Source: Tubiluchus corallicola (taxonomy: Eukaryota; Animalia; Priapulida). From it: a stretch of DNA of 64,000 nt. Of this stretch, positions 1 to 14,900 are shown piece by piece. The DNA lies in assembly GCA_030141605.1 (NCBI GenBank), contig JAQGDQ010000307.1, forward strand, positions 62,001 to 126,000, written 5' to 3'. The notes under the pieces were generated by a model. That model worked only from the letters and a program-made list of their open reading frames with translations, searched no databases and was not told where the DNA came from. Numbering within the stretch: the stretch's first letter is position 1; every line of letters starts with the position of its first letter. The translations under genes and the position numbers were made by a program.

Positions 1-340
1 TAATGTTTCAGAGAGGAAATAAACATGTGCATTTCATGATTTCAGCTTTAGTATAAACCATAAAATCAGTAGCAAGGTCACAAACAAGCATTAAACCAAT
101 ACGAGAGTTTTGATGATGAAATATAGGATAAGAGTTTTTGTAGCAAACTTTTATCCTACAAACCTACAAGTAGACTTCCAAAATAGAATTCTTATAAGAC
201 AGAAATGTTTCAGAAATGTAAGAAAATACTTTTCCCAAAGTGATTTTAACAAATAATCAGATATATGAACACTAACGCATTACAATAACTAGATGGAGCG
301 TCACATCATATGCACACATACTATTACCACTAAATTTTAC

Positions 341-2898
341 CAAAGTATTTCACTTGCTCCAGCTTTTCCAATATCGGCTTCAAGTTAGGATTGTCTCTGA
401 AACTGACATGGAACCAGACGGCAAAGTTTGCTAATCCATCCACACTTTTCACAGCCACTTCAAATTCCTCATATTGTGTATGATAAAACACAAAATGAAG
501 CTGAAGTGAAACACAGTTACCTAACATTAGCATCCATGGATCATGGTAAGAATTGTAAACATTTCAGTTTACAGCTCAAATGGTCAAATTTCAATTTTTT
601 ACGTAACATCTTGGCTGTCATTTCATATCACAGCTTTTACATATATACTGTTGCATTCCAAATAATAGAATAACAGCACAAAGTACAATTTGTGCATTAC
701 ACATCATGTTAGTGATCACAGTTCTGGTCAAAAAGCGAATTTTTAAAATAGAATAATGTGCCTACAAAAGTTTCTTATTAGTAGCAAGCTTACTATGTTA
801 TAATTATTCAATTCAACATAATAAACATGATTTTTCAATGAAGAAAAAAGCAATACATGACAGTAATTCTACAGGGTGTTTCAGAAGAAAAGATGTAGTA
901 GAAATATCCTGATATGTATGTAACGGAATGTACAAAATTATATGTATTGCATTCCTGTATATATCCGTGTCAGTTAACAGCAAACACTTCCCACACTTAT
1001 AGTATAATCTCTCACTGAACACTCTGGCTTAACACTCAACTGCATTTCTTTATAATTTGATCAGCATATTTCAGCATATGGGTACATTTCTACTGCACTG
1101 TTTCTTTTTGATGTATCAGTTTTTTAATCCGACAAAGGCGTGTTCTTTGCCCATTCTTTTCACTATGAAATAAGGCTGATGCAGATCATGCATCTAAGAA
1201 CCCGACACACGACAACGAGCAGCTCAGCTACCACAGCTAAACAATGAAAACAATGCTGTGCCCTCGGGAAAACAGAAATGTTACAATTACCATTTATGTT
1301 TTAAATTAAAAAAAGACACTTTGATGTGACTGAAATTTCAGCCGTTTGAATTAAGTGCAAATTTGGAGAACATGTAAAGTCCAATTAAACGTATAACCCG
1401 GAAGAATAAGCAAGTGACCCAACTAAGGCCATATTTCCTAAAAACACCTGCATATGTCCGGTTATTCGGAACGCAACAGTAAATGCGAGCACTTTAATTT
1501 TATGTCATCATAGACAAAAATAATACCTACCTCTAGAGGGAATGCCTTGCCATTTTTCGTATGCTCCGATCCTTTGTTATCTGATGAACCCCAGTGAAAA
1601 TGCAGTTCATGAGCTTTATATTGCCCTCGTAGTTCTCCACTTCTAACAAGATAATCCAAATATGATTCACTCATTAGCAACAATGCCACTGTAAAGAACC
1701 AGGAAGAACCATTATGACAAAGACTCATTGATGTCAGTTAGTGAACTGACAAATCAGCTAACCAGAAAGACAGACTGGAAAACTGGCAGTCAGTGAGCCT
1801 ATCAGTCAGTCAATAACTGAACAAATAAGAGTGATTAAACAAATAAAAATATGTGAATAAAAAACCAATTGCCTAAAATTTCCATCAAATGAAAGAATTA
1901 AATACCCTTTACTAAACGCTGTCTCAGGTTCTACTTATGAAATAGCTGGTCATTATTTATACAAATAGAGTCATTTGTTCACTCTTTCGTCAGCTTTTAA
2001 AATAAATGCTTTTCAGTCTTGCAACAAATTAACTTGTACAGTCTGATCCTGCAGGGAACCCTACCCTAGATAATTCCGTGAGTCAAATTTTTGTATTAGT
2101 GTAGTTTTTTATTACAAATACTAAGCACTTTCAAATGGTAATAACGAAGTGACTCTTCTTACATAGTAATGTTTATAATTATTATAACATTTGTTGTAAA
2201 TTGTGGTCAGCATTGTCTACAAGTCTAGCATTTTGCATCCACTAGAGGAAAATATATCAGTTGTCAACTAACCATTTCAAACCTAGTTTGTCAAATTATA
2301 CCTTGAATAAACTTCCGTTTAAACTAAATGTTGTTTCTTGGTGGAAATCCTACTTTGCCTATTTTTTTTTGCTTTTTATGAAACTGTACAGAAAAATGGT
2401 ATCAAACATTTAATAACATTTAAGAAATTGTTGTAATATACCTGTATGACCATTATTTATCAATGTAAAATTTTTCTCTACTGTTGGTTCAAATCCAGAA
2501 AAATTGAGAGGACCGGGTCCTTGTTCTTTTTTCTGAATGTTTTTTGTGTTAATATTGATGGGAGACTGTAGCAACTTTTTGCAGCTAGGGCTCCAACTGC
2601 TGACATCTGAAAAATTAAAGAAATGTCTGCTTATGTGTTTCTTTTCCACAGATATCCATAAAGAATGTACTATTACAGGCACTGTTGACAGTGCTGCAAT
2701 CTACTATTCTGAACTGACCAAAGCAGGCACACATTTAAAAACTCAACTAAATTACAGCTTATTAAAAACAAATGAAGTTTAAAAAATTGGTATAAAATAT
2801 GGCAAGACAACAAAAAGCTTACTTGAATAATTCCAACTTGTTACACCTGCCAAAATCATAACAGGTACCACCAAAAGTAATTCTATATACAAAAGCAT
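341..2898 (-). CDS. Alpha-carbonic anhydrase, secreted/membrane type; 5' part only, gene continues beyond position 1
   Basis: Phase-consistent GT-AG exons 2823-2898 (MLLYIELLLVVPVMILAGVTSWNYS, signal-peptide-like then WxY), 2442-2606 (..WSPSCKKLLQSPINI..NNGHT), 1531-1688 (..ELHFHWG..GSEHT..FPLE), 341-500 (LHFVFY..GLANFAVWF..). The three Zn-ligand His (HFH and ELH), the NNGHT proton-shuttle His and the QSPINI motif are present. A possible extra upstream exon at 3173-3208 (MIALFIGLLYTQ, donor GTCAGT) is uncertain. Confidence 0.9.
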
Positions 2899-3832
2899 GA
2901 TCTTAATTTTCAGAAGTAGAGCAACAAAGAAAATGCACTCCATAATTCTAAAGAATTCTTTTGTTTCAAAATTTTAGAATGTCAATACTATTTTTAAAAA
3001 AACAATGAGTGCGAAAGCCAAAGGCCGATCAACAAGTTTGTAGTGCTCATTTCACATTCCATTATTTTGTGCAACAGATACATCACCAACAAACACTTCC
3101 TGTCCTCACATTTCTACAAATGTGTAAAACAGCTGCAAATCTTACAAAAAAATTAAAATGAACAAAACTGACCTGAGTGTATAAAAGACCGATAAATAAT
3201 GCAATCATGTTTGTAATTTTCTGTTTATAACAAATACAGTAGTAAACCTACGTATGAAAATTCCTAACTAGACTGCTTAACTAACTGTGTTTAAGTGTTT
3301 AATTGCCCGATTACTCATTTTTCTTAAGCCGCCAGATTAATAAAAAATTAAATCAAATTAAACTTGTCTACAGCTGGAACATGCATACCAAAAACAATCA
3401 TTTTGCAAAAAAATAAATACTCATTTATTTACAAAAATTCAACCCATTGCAACAAAAACAAATCATTGACAATTATTTTAAAAAATGCATGTTGATAACT
3501 GAACATTTTAAGATGTCTTTTCAAACGTTTTGCCAAATATATTTTTAGTCCAAATATAATAGCCCACGTAAACCAGCTGTCGAGAAACAAATTAAATAAG
3601 AGGCAATTAAATAAGTTTGCAATTTTGGTAATAAGTAGCGAAGTACACTTTTGCTTAAAAATGTTATTATGTTTCAATGAATTAATAAATTAATAAAAAT
3701 ATGATTGCTACATTATCAGTCTACAAATTAATTATTTGACATTAAAGGGCTACATATCACTTTTGCAAGTAAACTATTTCAAGTTGAATCTGTAGTTAGA
3801 GGTTTGTGGCACAAAGCTAATTCGTGAATCTG

Positions 3833-6800
3833 TCACTGTTCTTCATCATCTGTTAGCAGGCCTTCCTCATGCAAAGGACCATTAATCCATTCATCTTCTT
3901 CTGAATCTGACACATGTGGTGAACCTTCCACGAATGAGGCAAACCTAAAACCCGTGAGACAAACTATGACTAACATGACTCTTAGGGTATTGAGATTACT
4001 TCAAGCAAGAAATGCTGACTGTGAATTTTCAAATCAGGTGAATTCAAACCTAAACATTTTCTGTTCCAACGTGAATATCATAACTCTTGCAGTTAGGTAT
4101 TGTGTCTTAATATCAGTGCATTTATTAATTGCTCTCACTAGTACAACTGAAAAAATAGATACTGACAGCAAACTGCTAATCAAGAAAAGTTTGAAAAAAT
4201 ATCAAAATGAATCAACTTTAGAAAGTTATTTTAGGAATCCATTTTTGAAAGTGATCCCAGTACATTGTTCAGGTTGTTCACGTAATCAGACAGCCTAATT
4301 AAATATATTAAATTTTACTTATGTGAAATATTTCAGTAATAAAATTCTCACCATACAGAATGCTTGCAGGATAAAGACAAAATGCGTGAAACGCATTTGA
4401 TATTATGTTTAATAACTTAAACAAAGTTTGTTTTATAAATTTTGACAATTGTTTGTTTAATTTATATTTTAAATTTGAGTTAAATTAAATGGCAAAAACT
4501 AGGAGAAAGTCAGCCCAAAAGCACTCAAAGCAGTTTCTCTATTGTAGAGAATTTTTGAAAAGCACAACAGCACAATGGCAAGATTTAGATTCTGGCCTCC
4601 TGTGAAGTTTAGGCTGCATAGACTACATAGTTTCTAGTCATTTCTGTGATAACAATAAATTTTACTGAGCTATTCGTTTATGAGTTTTATCTGAAATAAA
4701 GCCAGTGAGAATGTCACTTCGTATATTTCACAAATAAAGGAGAAAAATGTAACTCTTCCTCAAGCATATAAAAGTAAAATCATTATAGTGTGCTTTACGG
4801 AATTTAAAGTAGTAGGCTCAATATGTATTACAGCATTTGGAATCAAATAATTACGTAGGTAACTCAGTAAACACGTACGTAAGCATGTTGCTGTGTAACG
4901 TGAACAAACTTGGTGATAATTAAGTTTTAGATTTTATTTAAGAGACAAGAAAAATAGATGCACAGTTAAATCGGAAGAATTGATTTGTTTGCTAAGTCAA
5001 CTGTGTTAAACTATTACTCACTTGTTTGGTGTTTTTAATTGACTCACTGTTTTCCAAGTATTACAGTCCGGACTTCGGCAATATTCACGCAAGGCGTCCA
5101 GCTCTTTTTTAGTAATCTCTTCCCCTTGCCTGATATACTCTTCTTCTGTTAAAAGCTTACACTTTGGTGGAAATCTCCGCCTCCTGAATAGTAATGACTA
5201 CATTGTGACTGCAGCTACATGAATGGTGTCTTCCACCTGATAGTATTCTATTCTAAAACTATACACACGCCTAAATTCATATACACACCAATGCCCAAAT
5301 GTCAAAGTATTTTAAGAAAATAGAGAAATATTAAATTTAGACAACCACATATAAACTAATTTTTCTTCAATGTCAAGATTGTAAACATTTCACATATTTA
5401 CTATTGCTTAGTTTAAAGCAAAATGCCTGTGTCATTGTTGCAATAATTAGATACCAATCAACTGTTAAAATGCTTAAATGGCTTATTGCAAAAAAGTGAT
5501 GTGTTCTTAAATTTAAACATTTGTGGATTAAGCTGCAACCAAACACTTGTTCAGTTGTGTTAATCTTCAATTTTAGTTTCATTGATCAAAAAAATACACA
5601 AATTTGGGCATTACAACTAAACTTGTCATAAATATCTCTTTCGTACAAGTTGCAAATCGTGACAACCTGCACTTTTTCCACTGATTCATTCTACTTTAAT
5701 TATACTAACTATACTTGTTTCTTGTCATGCCCCAAAATTATTTACCAAAATTTTCTAATGTGTTTTGTGCATGGAGACATAGGAACCAGATTACATGTTG
5801 TCATTAAAAGAATTATAGATATAGACGCCTCGTCAATTTGAGTGCCTTCGTAAACACAGATTAGGGCAACCAACTGCATCGACCTAAAAGAAAATCAAAA
5901 TTTCATCTTGTGATTAAACATTTTCTCATTCTTAATAAGATAGTACTAAAATTTCTATATATGACTGGAAATTTCATATTTCATCTTTTTCAGTGTAATA
6001 AGTACTGTGTATTATGGCTGCAACATTTGTCTCATTAAATGGCATTGCAGCTGATGAAAAGTTTAAATTTGGTCACAAAAGTGTGATATAAAAGAAATAA
6101 TTTTTTGCACCTTCTCTGCTTTCAAAAGACCTGTAATATTGCTATTTGCAAAGCAGGTATAAAGCTCGGCCATGTCAATATCCTTAGAAAAATGATATAA
6201 AAAATAGTTGACAATGTAGTTTACAAAATTTTGCAAACAACATTTACAAATTAGGCATTGAAAAGAGATCAGCCTTTTGTTTAAAAGTCATAATTCTGAT
6301 TTTACTGAATTCGCATTGCTTGATTACTTAAAAATTGCACTTTACAATGAAATCGCAACTTGTAACTTTTCAAGTTGTGACCAGCATAGGTCAAAGGTCA
6401 ACCGATTGCCTGTCAACTTATGCCATTAAGATGCAAGATGAGTTCAATGGTACAGTTGCAACAATACTACAATCTGTAGTTTTGGTTGACATTAGAAGTA
6501 TTCATCTCCTCAACTCCTATTTTACCCTTAGGGAGTCAGAGGTTAACCAATGTGGACGTAACTTATGCTGTAATTCATTTCATTGAAACCTTTCATTTGA
6601 CAGGCTATAAATTACTGTCCCTTGCACCCAATATATTTCTGTTCCTAACCCCCAAACTTTAGTTTTGTCCTCTAGCAGAAAATTTCTTGTACGTGTAAGT
6701 ACCATATTCAGAAGAGCGTGACCCCCCACATAGTCACATACCAAAAATTGTGGACCTAGCTCAAGAACTACAGGGGCAGATACAGCCTAATGTAAAATAA

Positions 6801-8851
6801 ATGGAGGCCACCTTGGATCGCATATAAGCATAGTTTCCTTTACCTAAAGAATATACCCTTTGAATTTGTGTTCAAGGGCTTTTGGCATCTAAACTGACAA
6901 ATCATAACACAAAAAAATACCATTTTAGAAGATCTTGAGTCCGAGTGTCTGTTACTGGCCCTCGCTTATAGCAAACCGCAAAACTAATCAAAGCTGATAT
7001 GACGACATAACCAAGCACATAATTTCTGTATGCCTGCAATACGCTATGTATATTCATCCAGAGAAATTGAAAGAAGTATAAAACGATGGATGATCCACCT
7101 ATCAGGACTGAATAAGCACCAATTTTCTGCAACAGAAATTATTTGTCAATAAATAAAAAACTGTGATAAGCTCAGGAAAACCATGTTATTACACAAGTGA
7201 TTTCATTTGTTTGCAGTAGGAACAATACAAAACCAGAAACGGGCCTGTTTCTTCCTGGCACATTGAACAGAGAAATGTGCTAAAAAACTCATTAAAGACA
7301 TTTTTGTAGCAGACATCATTTCAACAGTTTGGTAAGTAATTCTGCATGGTACCAACTTTAGTCACAGCTAAAAAGCACAAATAGATTTGACTGAGAAGAA
7401 TTAGTTTTATCAGAGTTCAAAATAACACTGCTACTGTAACGAAAATGTCACAATTGACAGGCTAACACAACAAAAAGTAGGAGTTAAAGTATCTTATTCC
7501 AAAATACAATAACTGAATGGCTCTTAATAAAACCCTGGAATTAGAACACTATCCAGGACAGAAATAAAAAAACTATCACTATCAAAACATGTTTAGAAAT
7601 AGTGAAGAAAGAAATAAAGAAACCAACTTAGTAGTCACAATTACAAACCTTTGGAATAAACCGACTAATAATAAATATGATGATAAGCAAAGAGGCAAGA
7701 ACCCCAAGAGTGATCCCTGAAGAATAGTAGAAAATCACATTCCTGAAAAAGGTGCAAATCATGTGCGAATGAGCACAAGTATTTAATTCAAGTGCATGTA
7801 AAATTTGCAATACAACTTTTTTTAGAATGCAAACAAACAAACTCAGTAGCATAACAAATTAACAATGAAACAACCTTTTAGCTACATATCATCAGTGATC
7901 AAATTACATTATTTAATTTGCTTCCACTCAATCTCACATTCTCTCTCTTTCTCTCCTTTTTCTTTATGTGCATACATTTAATAATGCCTAAAAACATTAT
8001 CTGTGGCCACATTCTTTTTTGCTCATTTCTTATTATTAGTTATTAGTTTCGCAATATTTAGATTCAACAAGGTTGAATTAGTGTAAAATGACTTGTTTTT
8101 TGTTTTTCTAATAAATCTTTAGGTGAATAGGGTAATAAAATTAATTGGCAATAATTTCTTTTTGTGTGGTAGCTATTTTGAAAACCATGACCATTTTTGT
8201 AACAATAGTAAACAGAAATGGATTGCATCACGCCATCATTGTTTCACAACATTAATTTTTTGGGAACTTTAATTTACATTGTGTGTGCAAGAACTTTTCA
8301 GCCATTTTGTTTTTTTGCATTTTTGACCATTTTCTGTTAATTTTTCAAGCTGGCAATATCTTTTTCAGATTCAGCATAGTCAAATTAATAAGAATGGCTA
8401 TGTTGCCCACCTTTTGAAAAAAACCATGCCTAGAACTTTATAGAAGCACTTTTTCAGAATTTGGGCCTAGACTATTACAGCCATTCAACGACACAAGTGT
8501 GATGTACACTTATAAGACTTGCAAGCATGAAAATGATGGCATTTCTGAGGGCCATAAACATATACAGACACAGACCTTTTCAACCTTAATGTTGGATAAA
8601 GGACAGATATTATAAAATACAAGTATACGTACTATACAAATGAGGCTAATATCTGCATAAGAAGCTCCACAATCAAAATATATTTTACATGTAAAAGATA
8701 AAAAAATATATGACAGATATTTACCTGCTGAGAGGTCCAGCCAAGAGAAACAGAAGAATGCCAAAAATCAGGCAGAATAATCTAACCACGTCAACGGCTA
8801 AATAATACGTAAAAAATCAAACTGATGCATAACATTTACAAGATTTATATA

Positions 8852-8929
<78 letters not shown>

Positions 8930-11900
8930 TATAACTACAATAATAACCATACTTTCCACTTGTGATTGTAAAACAACTATGAATCAGAAATCTTTAATTT
9001 TAAGGTGTGCTTACTCTTAATTTGTGTTTTAAGTTATTTTTATTGATTTATTCGCTTTGTGACTTTAAGATAGGCATGTACATAAATATGAATGTTTTTA
9101 TACATACTTTTTATCAGTTATGCAAGCCTATTGGTCATATTTACTGTGATTTTACTGTAATCTCCTGGGGAAATTGTATCTGATTTTAGATTATGCTGAC
9201 GTGATCATGCACAATACATCATTAAATTATTATTATTATTATTATTATTATTAGAACAAAAATTAGCTGCCCAATGAATTATAAAAATAGTTCCTTACAA
9301 AAAAATTAAAAAAAAACCTTTTTAGCCTAGGAGTTCACAATGATTCATATTACATCTCTTGTACCAACGATCTGAGAACTACAATCCATTGACGATTTAT
9401 TGTAGATCACTTACTGGTCACTCTTAAGGTTTAAAGTAAATAATTGATACCTGAACTTCTGTATTGTAAATAATACTATAGGTTAAAAATTTCTCGGTGT
9501 GCTAAAAATAGCTACCACCACCCTGCCTTCCTCTTTGAGTTGTTCTTAAATGGACCTTGTCTTCATTAATTAAGAACTACTGATCTTTATTCAGTAAGAT
9601 GCATTTTGCACTTTAATTATTGTACTCAAAATATGATTAAAATTGATTTTGGAGGTACCACTTTCAGGAACACTCCTTACCTAAAGCACAAACATGAAAT
9701 CTTAAGAGCGACCAATAAATGATATCCACAGCTAAATTCAGTATTTAAGAAGCACAGGACTTTAATTAGCGAGATCTAACGAACAACTTTCAAAAAGCTT
9801 CATTAATGTACTGAAAGTGTGAATTAAACTGATTTTGTGAGTCTTAAGGTGTAAAGAACATTTTGCAAAGTTTCATTGATGTACTAAAATGTTATTTAAA
9901 GTGATTTGAGAGTACTTTTAGGAGTGCCCTCTACTTAGGGTTACAATTTAAAAACTTAAGAGTGAGCAGTAAGTGACTCCAACAGACTATCCAACACTCA
10001 AACTCTTTGTATGCAAGATGTAATATAAATCTCTGTCAGCTCCTGCTCAGTGCACTATGTATAACTGTTTAACTCATATGCAACCAAACCAGTAGATAAA
10101 ACAGACAACCTTTTCCAGCATGATGGAAAATATACAGTTGGCTATACAGCTTCATTAAATTTAAGGTTTGGGAAATGATGCCTAGAACTCTAAACTATAA
10201 CATTTATTTTCGTACCGAGAATAAAATATTGCCAACTTACCAATGACATTAAAATAAATGGTGTAGCCACGATCAGCAACCATACCGAGACACGACTTTT
10301 TAAAAGGATGGAGAGTGACAGACCGCGACCGTAAAGGGGTGGGGTTTATCCAGCTTGATTCAAAATTTTCGTACAGTTCATGAACAACGGAAGCATTGTC
10401 ACCAATAAACTGTCCAGCAATATGTTGCTCATTAACAATATCAATTTCAACCTAAACAAAAATAAAAAGCAATGTAATTAGCAATAAATTTGTTACCTTA
10501 CCTTACGTTACCTTATGTTGTTTTGGCAAAGTTGTTCTTCTAGCCATATCATGTATATATGCTCGTACCCATATCCTCAAAGGAGGCCGGGTATATGTAG
10601 ATTATCTCTTTCCCAGCCTAGTGCTTGTCCAATCTTCTCTTAAATACATCGACACTTGGTGCGCATACCATATCGTTGGGTAAACAATTCCATGCATCTA
10701 CAATTCTGTGCGAAAAACGATTCAATCCTATACACTTTTTTGATCCGAACTTATATAACTTTAGTGAATTGCTTTGGCCTCTGGTGATTGATTTGGCCAC
10801 CTGCGATCAGTTTCAACTGTGGGCTTACAACTTTATCATATACATTTGTTAAGATCTTATAAGCCTCAATCATGTCACCTCTTAGTCTCCTGTAAGCTAG
10901 TGTTGGCAATTTAAGGAAACTGGACGTCCAAGATGTGCAAGATTGGACGTTTAGTCTTGCAAATGCCAATTCACTATCAATGTAGCATTGTTATATTAAA
11001 ACAAGTTCGACTGGAACTATTCGTTGGGCGACTTATTGAACTCGAGGTCATGGATTAGAAATGACGTCAATGTCCTCATCAGGAATTTAAGAAGGCAAGT
11101 CAAAAATCCGATTCAGTCATTTACAAATCCTGCATAAAACCTGCAAATTTAAACTCCGGCGACGATTTTTAGGTGTGGCCATTTTAATGTTTAAGTTATT
11201 TGAAACAAATTTAGATAGCAGCGTGCAAAGTTTGAAAAAATAATCAGAGCATTCATTATTCATAGCACACTCTCTGCTGTTATTTTATTAAGTACAAATT
11301 ATTTTGTATTGTCAATGTGTTTTTGGTGAACCAATGGTGCACAGGGATGGTTATACAATGACGTGTTACCATATGGCACAAACATCTTAAATTATTAAGA
11401 ATTTTCTTTTCCAATTACATAAGTCTTTCAAACAAGCAAGTGTAATCCTAAGTAATACAAGTTGTACGAAAAGTTTTTTGGGATATGCTGTACTTTAAAT
11501 TCCCTTTTCCAATCCTTTTCTACTTTATAGAATTCAAATTACGAAAACTCACCACTGGTTTCACCCATAGTCTGCGCAAACAGAGATGAAAGACAACGGG
11601 CTCACCATTATAACAATAAATATTTAATGAATCCTGATTTTCATCTACTTTAATGTGACGTTGAAATCCATTGTAAAGTTCTGCAACAAAAACGAAAATA
11701 CTGTAAAAAACTGAAACAAAATCAATATGCATAAATTTGAGATGCTGTGTGTTGACTTGCACAAGATTTTGTTCACTGCTCTTTTTGTGTATACAGATGA
11801 CAATGACTAGTAAGCTAGAAGAATTGAGCTCGTTCAGTGGTAAAGTTTAACTTTACGTACTCCAAAGTCTGAGCATTGCTGTCACAAATCTGAAAACTGT

Positions 11901-14900
11901 AGTGGCTTATACTGCCTTGCCCTATGTACATCAGCAGTTAACCATGACACGGAGAATGCTCACGTAAATATTATAATTTACACAACTGCTACATAAACAT
12001 TATAAGCAAAGGAAGACTATGTAACCAAACATGCTCGTTGTCTCATAACTAGTCACTCGCTAGCTATAACAGCCGGGAAGATTTTTATTACAAATTTTAC
12101 TGTCTAAAGATGTCACATACTTGCAAAATTCTATTTATAAACCATTATTACAGAACTATAATGCAGCCAAAACTGCATACCAAATTTACTGCAAGTTGTA
12201 CTTACTGTTAGCAACATCCAAACTAATTCTACTCGAAAATTCCCAAGTCAATGCACCACTTTTAACCCCTTGACTCCCAAATCTGATTATTATTTTGTAT
12301 TTTTACATACAACAAAAACATTTTTTTATTTAGTATGCCTATAAGACTAGATGCAAAATGCAAAATTTGACTGCCATTGCTCATCATTATTTAGACCTTG
12401 CATAGTGTCAAAGTAGTGGAATGTGATAGTATTACTGTGCCATTTTTTACTATTTTGGACTAAATAGTAAAATTTTTTTATTGAATCCTTCGAGTTATGT
12501 TAAATTACATTTACATGACTACTCAATAGCACAAAATTAATATTAGTTACTATGTGTTCACAAATAACCAAGCTTAACATCATGACTCAATTATAATCTC
12601 AAATTGTGCAATGCTAAAAACTACAGTGTTGCAGTAACTTACATTACAGAAGAATTCAGCAAGCTTTTACTTCACTGCCTTGTTCAGTGATAGCACTGCA
12701 GGCTCTAGCAAACTAGCACTAATAATAATTCCAACAGCACTTTAAATATAAAAAAAATTCTGCTATTGTTTGGTTTACATTGTAACTCAGTTTCAATGTT
12801 CATCTTAGTCGATAAATTCAGATTTGGATTTTTAAATATTTTCATGACTGATAATTGTAAGTGTTGAGATTTTATTGGATGACTTCTTTACGCAAGACGT
12901 TTTCGGGTAACCAAACAACAGATTACATGGGCGAATGCGATATCATGAGGATGTAATTTGGTTTATCTAAATTTTCCAAGGATCTTATTTTCCCTATTGT
13001 GGTTGCTTTGTCTTAGGCCATTATTATCCACCATTCCTAAATATATACTGTTATATTGCCATGATTAGGGGTTAAGCAAGTGCATTCATAGAAATCCCAT
13101 ATTTTTCCACATTGAAGTAACAGTCAATTAAAGATTCAGTCTTTAGTAGAGTTATGTGCTAATCACCATAGCAGGCAAATTATTCCATTCAATCACTACT
13201 CTCACAACATGTGAAAATTTAAAATATACAATTACAATATCATCATTTTTCTTAATTTCCAGGTCTTTAGCAGTTAACTGGTTCAAAATGTAAAAGGTAT
13301 GTTGCTTCCCCAAACTCCCTGGCTGAATTGTGGATTCTCTGCCAGTAGCAGCTGTTTTGGCACTTGGCCATTTTAGTATACATTAGCTAGCATGAACAAG
13401 GCTTGAAAGATCTTCACAGATTGATAGATCAGAATACGTCTGGTAGATTGATAGTCTCCAGAACACGTCTGGTAGATTGACACAAATTTTTATTTAAAAT
13501 GTTTTTCTCAAAATTTCAATGAACGAAATTCAGACGTTTACCTCTTTATACGTAAAAATGACAAAACAATTCAACATTTTAATACTCATCAAAGTTATAA
13601 TGTAATGATTACTTGAGGTAATATTTTTTCTGTGTGCCTGCATATATACTCTGCAATTTGTCTCTAGATATTGCATTGTCCAAGCCCTCCTAACTGGCAG
13701 TGTTAAATTTTACTACACAATAGTTCGAACTTAAAAGTGTTACCTTGCTAAGTCATTAAAATGTGGTTGGCTTCAAATTACGCTTATAATTACAGTAGCA
13801 ACTGACCTTGCCACCTAGTCACCAGCCATTACAAGTCATGTGCTAATATCATAAAAAAATTCACAGTTTAATTATTTTATGACACTGAGAATACGTCTTT
13901 CAGTAGTTAAACAACATCAGACATAACATGTATTCAAATGGGTGATATATTCTGCAGAATCATTTTTAAAGTTGTTCTAGTAAAGTGGTAGAAACAATGA
14001 GACAAACAAAAATAAGAGCTACTTTCTATCTTGCATCACAGTTTTAAATCACTCAACCCATGTGTGCTAGATATGTACACAGACTACTAATTAATTAAGA
14101 CTATGTGTTAGTGTACAACAATAACTGAAATAATGCTTGAAGATAGCAACAGTATTGCCAATGGAAACACATATAAGTGGAGAATATATGATTATACCAA
14201 ATATTTGTTTGTTACAATTTGTGCCAAGATTCCATTAATCAATGCAAAAATATTACAAATTGATTATATTACATTAGGTCTATGTATAAATAAAAAATGT
14301 CCTAAAATGCAAATAACCAAACTCATTCTGCATTATGCAAAATATACAGTATTTAAAAACAATCATCACAATAGTACAATTAACAATTTAAACCTTTCAG
14401 CTTACAATTTTCAGATCCTTCAAAAAAAAGAATAAGTACTATTATTGAAGACGGTTCATATAACCTCTTCAAGTTTTTCAGAAGGAGTGACTGTTCCCAT
14501 AATGCTTATCGCATCACCTCTTTGTAAAGTAACAGATTAATGTTGGAATAAAAAACTAGGTAATCTACTCTCCCCATGGCATATCGAATATGTTTGCCTA
14601 ATGTACTACGAAATTTCAGTACCAAGGGTGCCAAAGGCAATTGGCACAAAATAGAATGTTGGCAAAAGACCATATTTTGAATGTTTTCTGTTTTCAACTA
14701 ATTGAGCCACATAACCTGCAACTGGGAGAATATTGTAATAAAATTTACATTTTAGAAGCCTAAATTTTCGAATATTTGTGAGGCTATGTGGCAGTCTTTG
14801 TTGCAATACGATACATCTAGGCTTCTACGATCATTCCTGGGCCAGAGATGGGCGGATAGCAGATTTGCGGTCATGCCATTGCGGTATCCGCATTAATTTT

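Noticed and set aside
3954-4298. 114-aa + strand ORF
   Set aside because: Antisense within the last NEMP intron, no recognisable motif; expected by chance in AT-rich DNA.
8510-8764. 84-aa minus ORF overlapping a NEMP exon
   Set aside because: Wrong frame; the real exon is 8725-8797 in another frame and the rest is intron.
12262-13075. TTAA-CCCCT ... AGGGG-TTAA, possible piggyBac MITE
   Set aside because: Only about 9 bp of inverted match including TTAA; too short to support.
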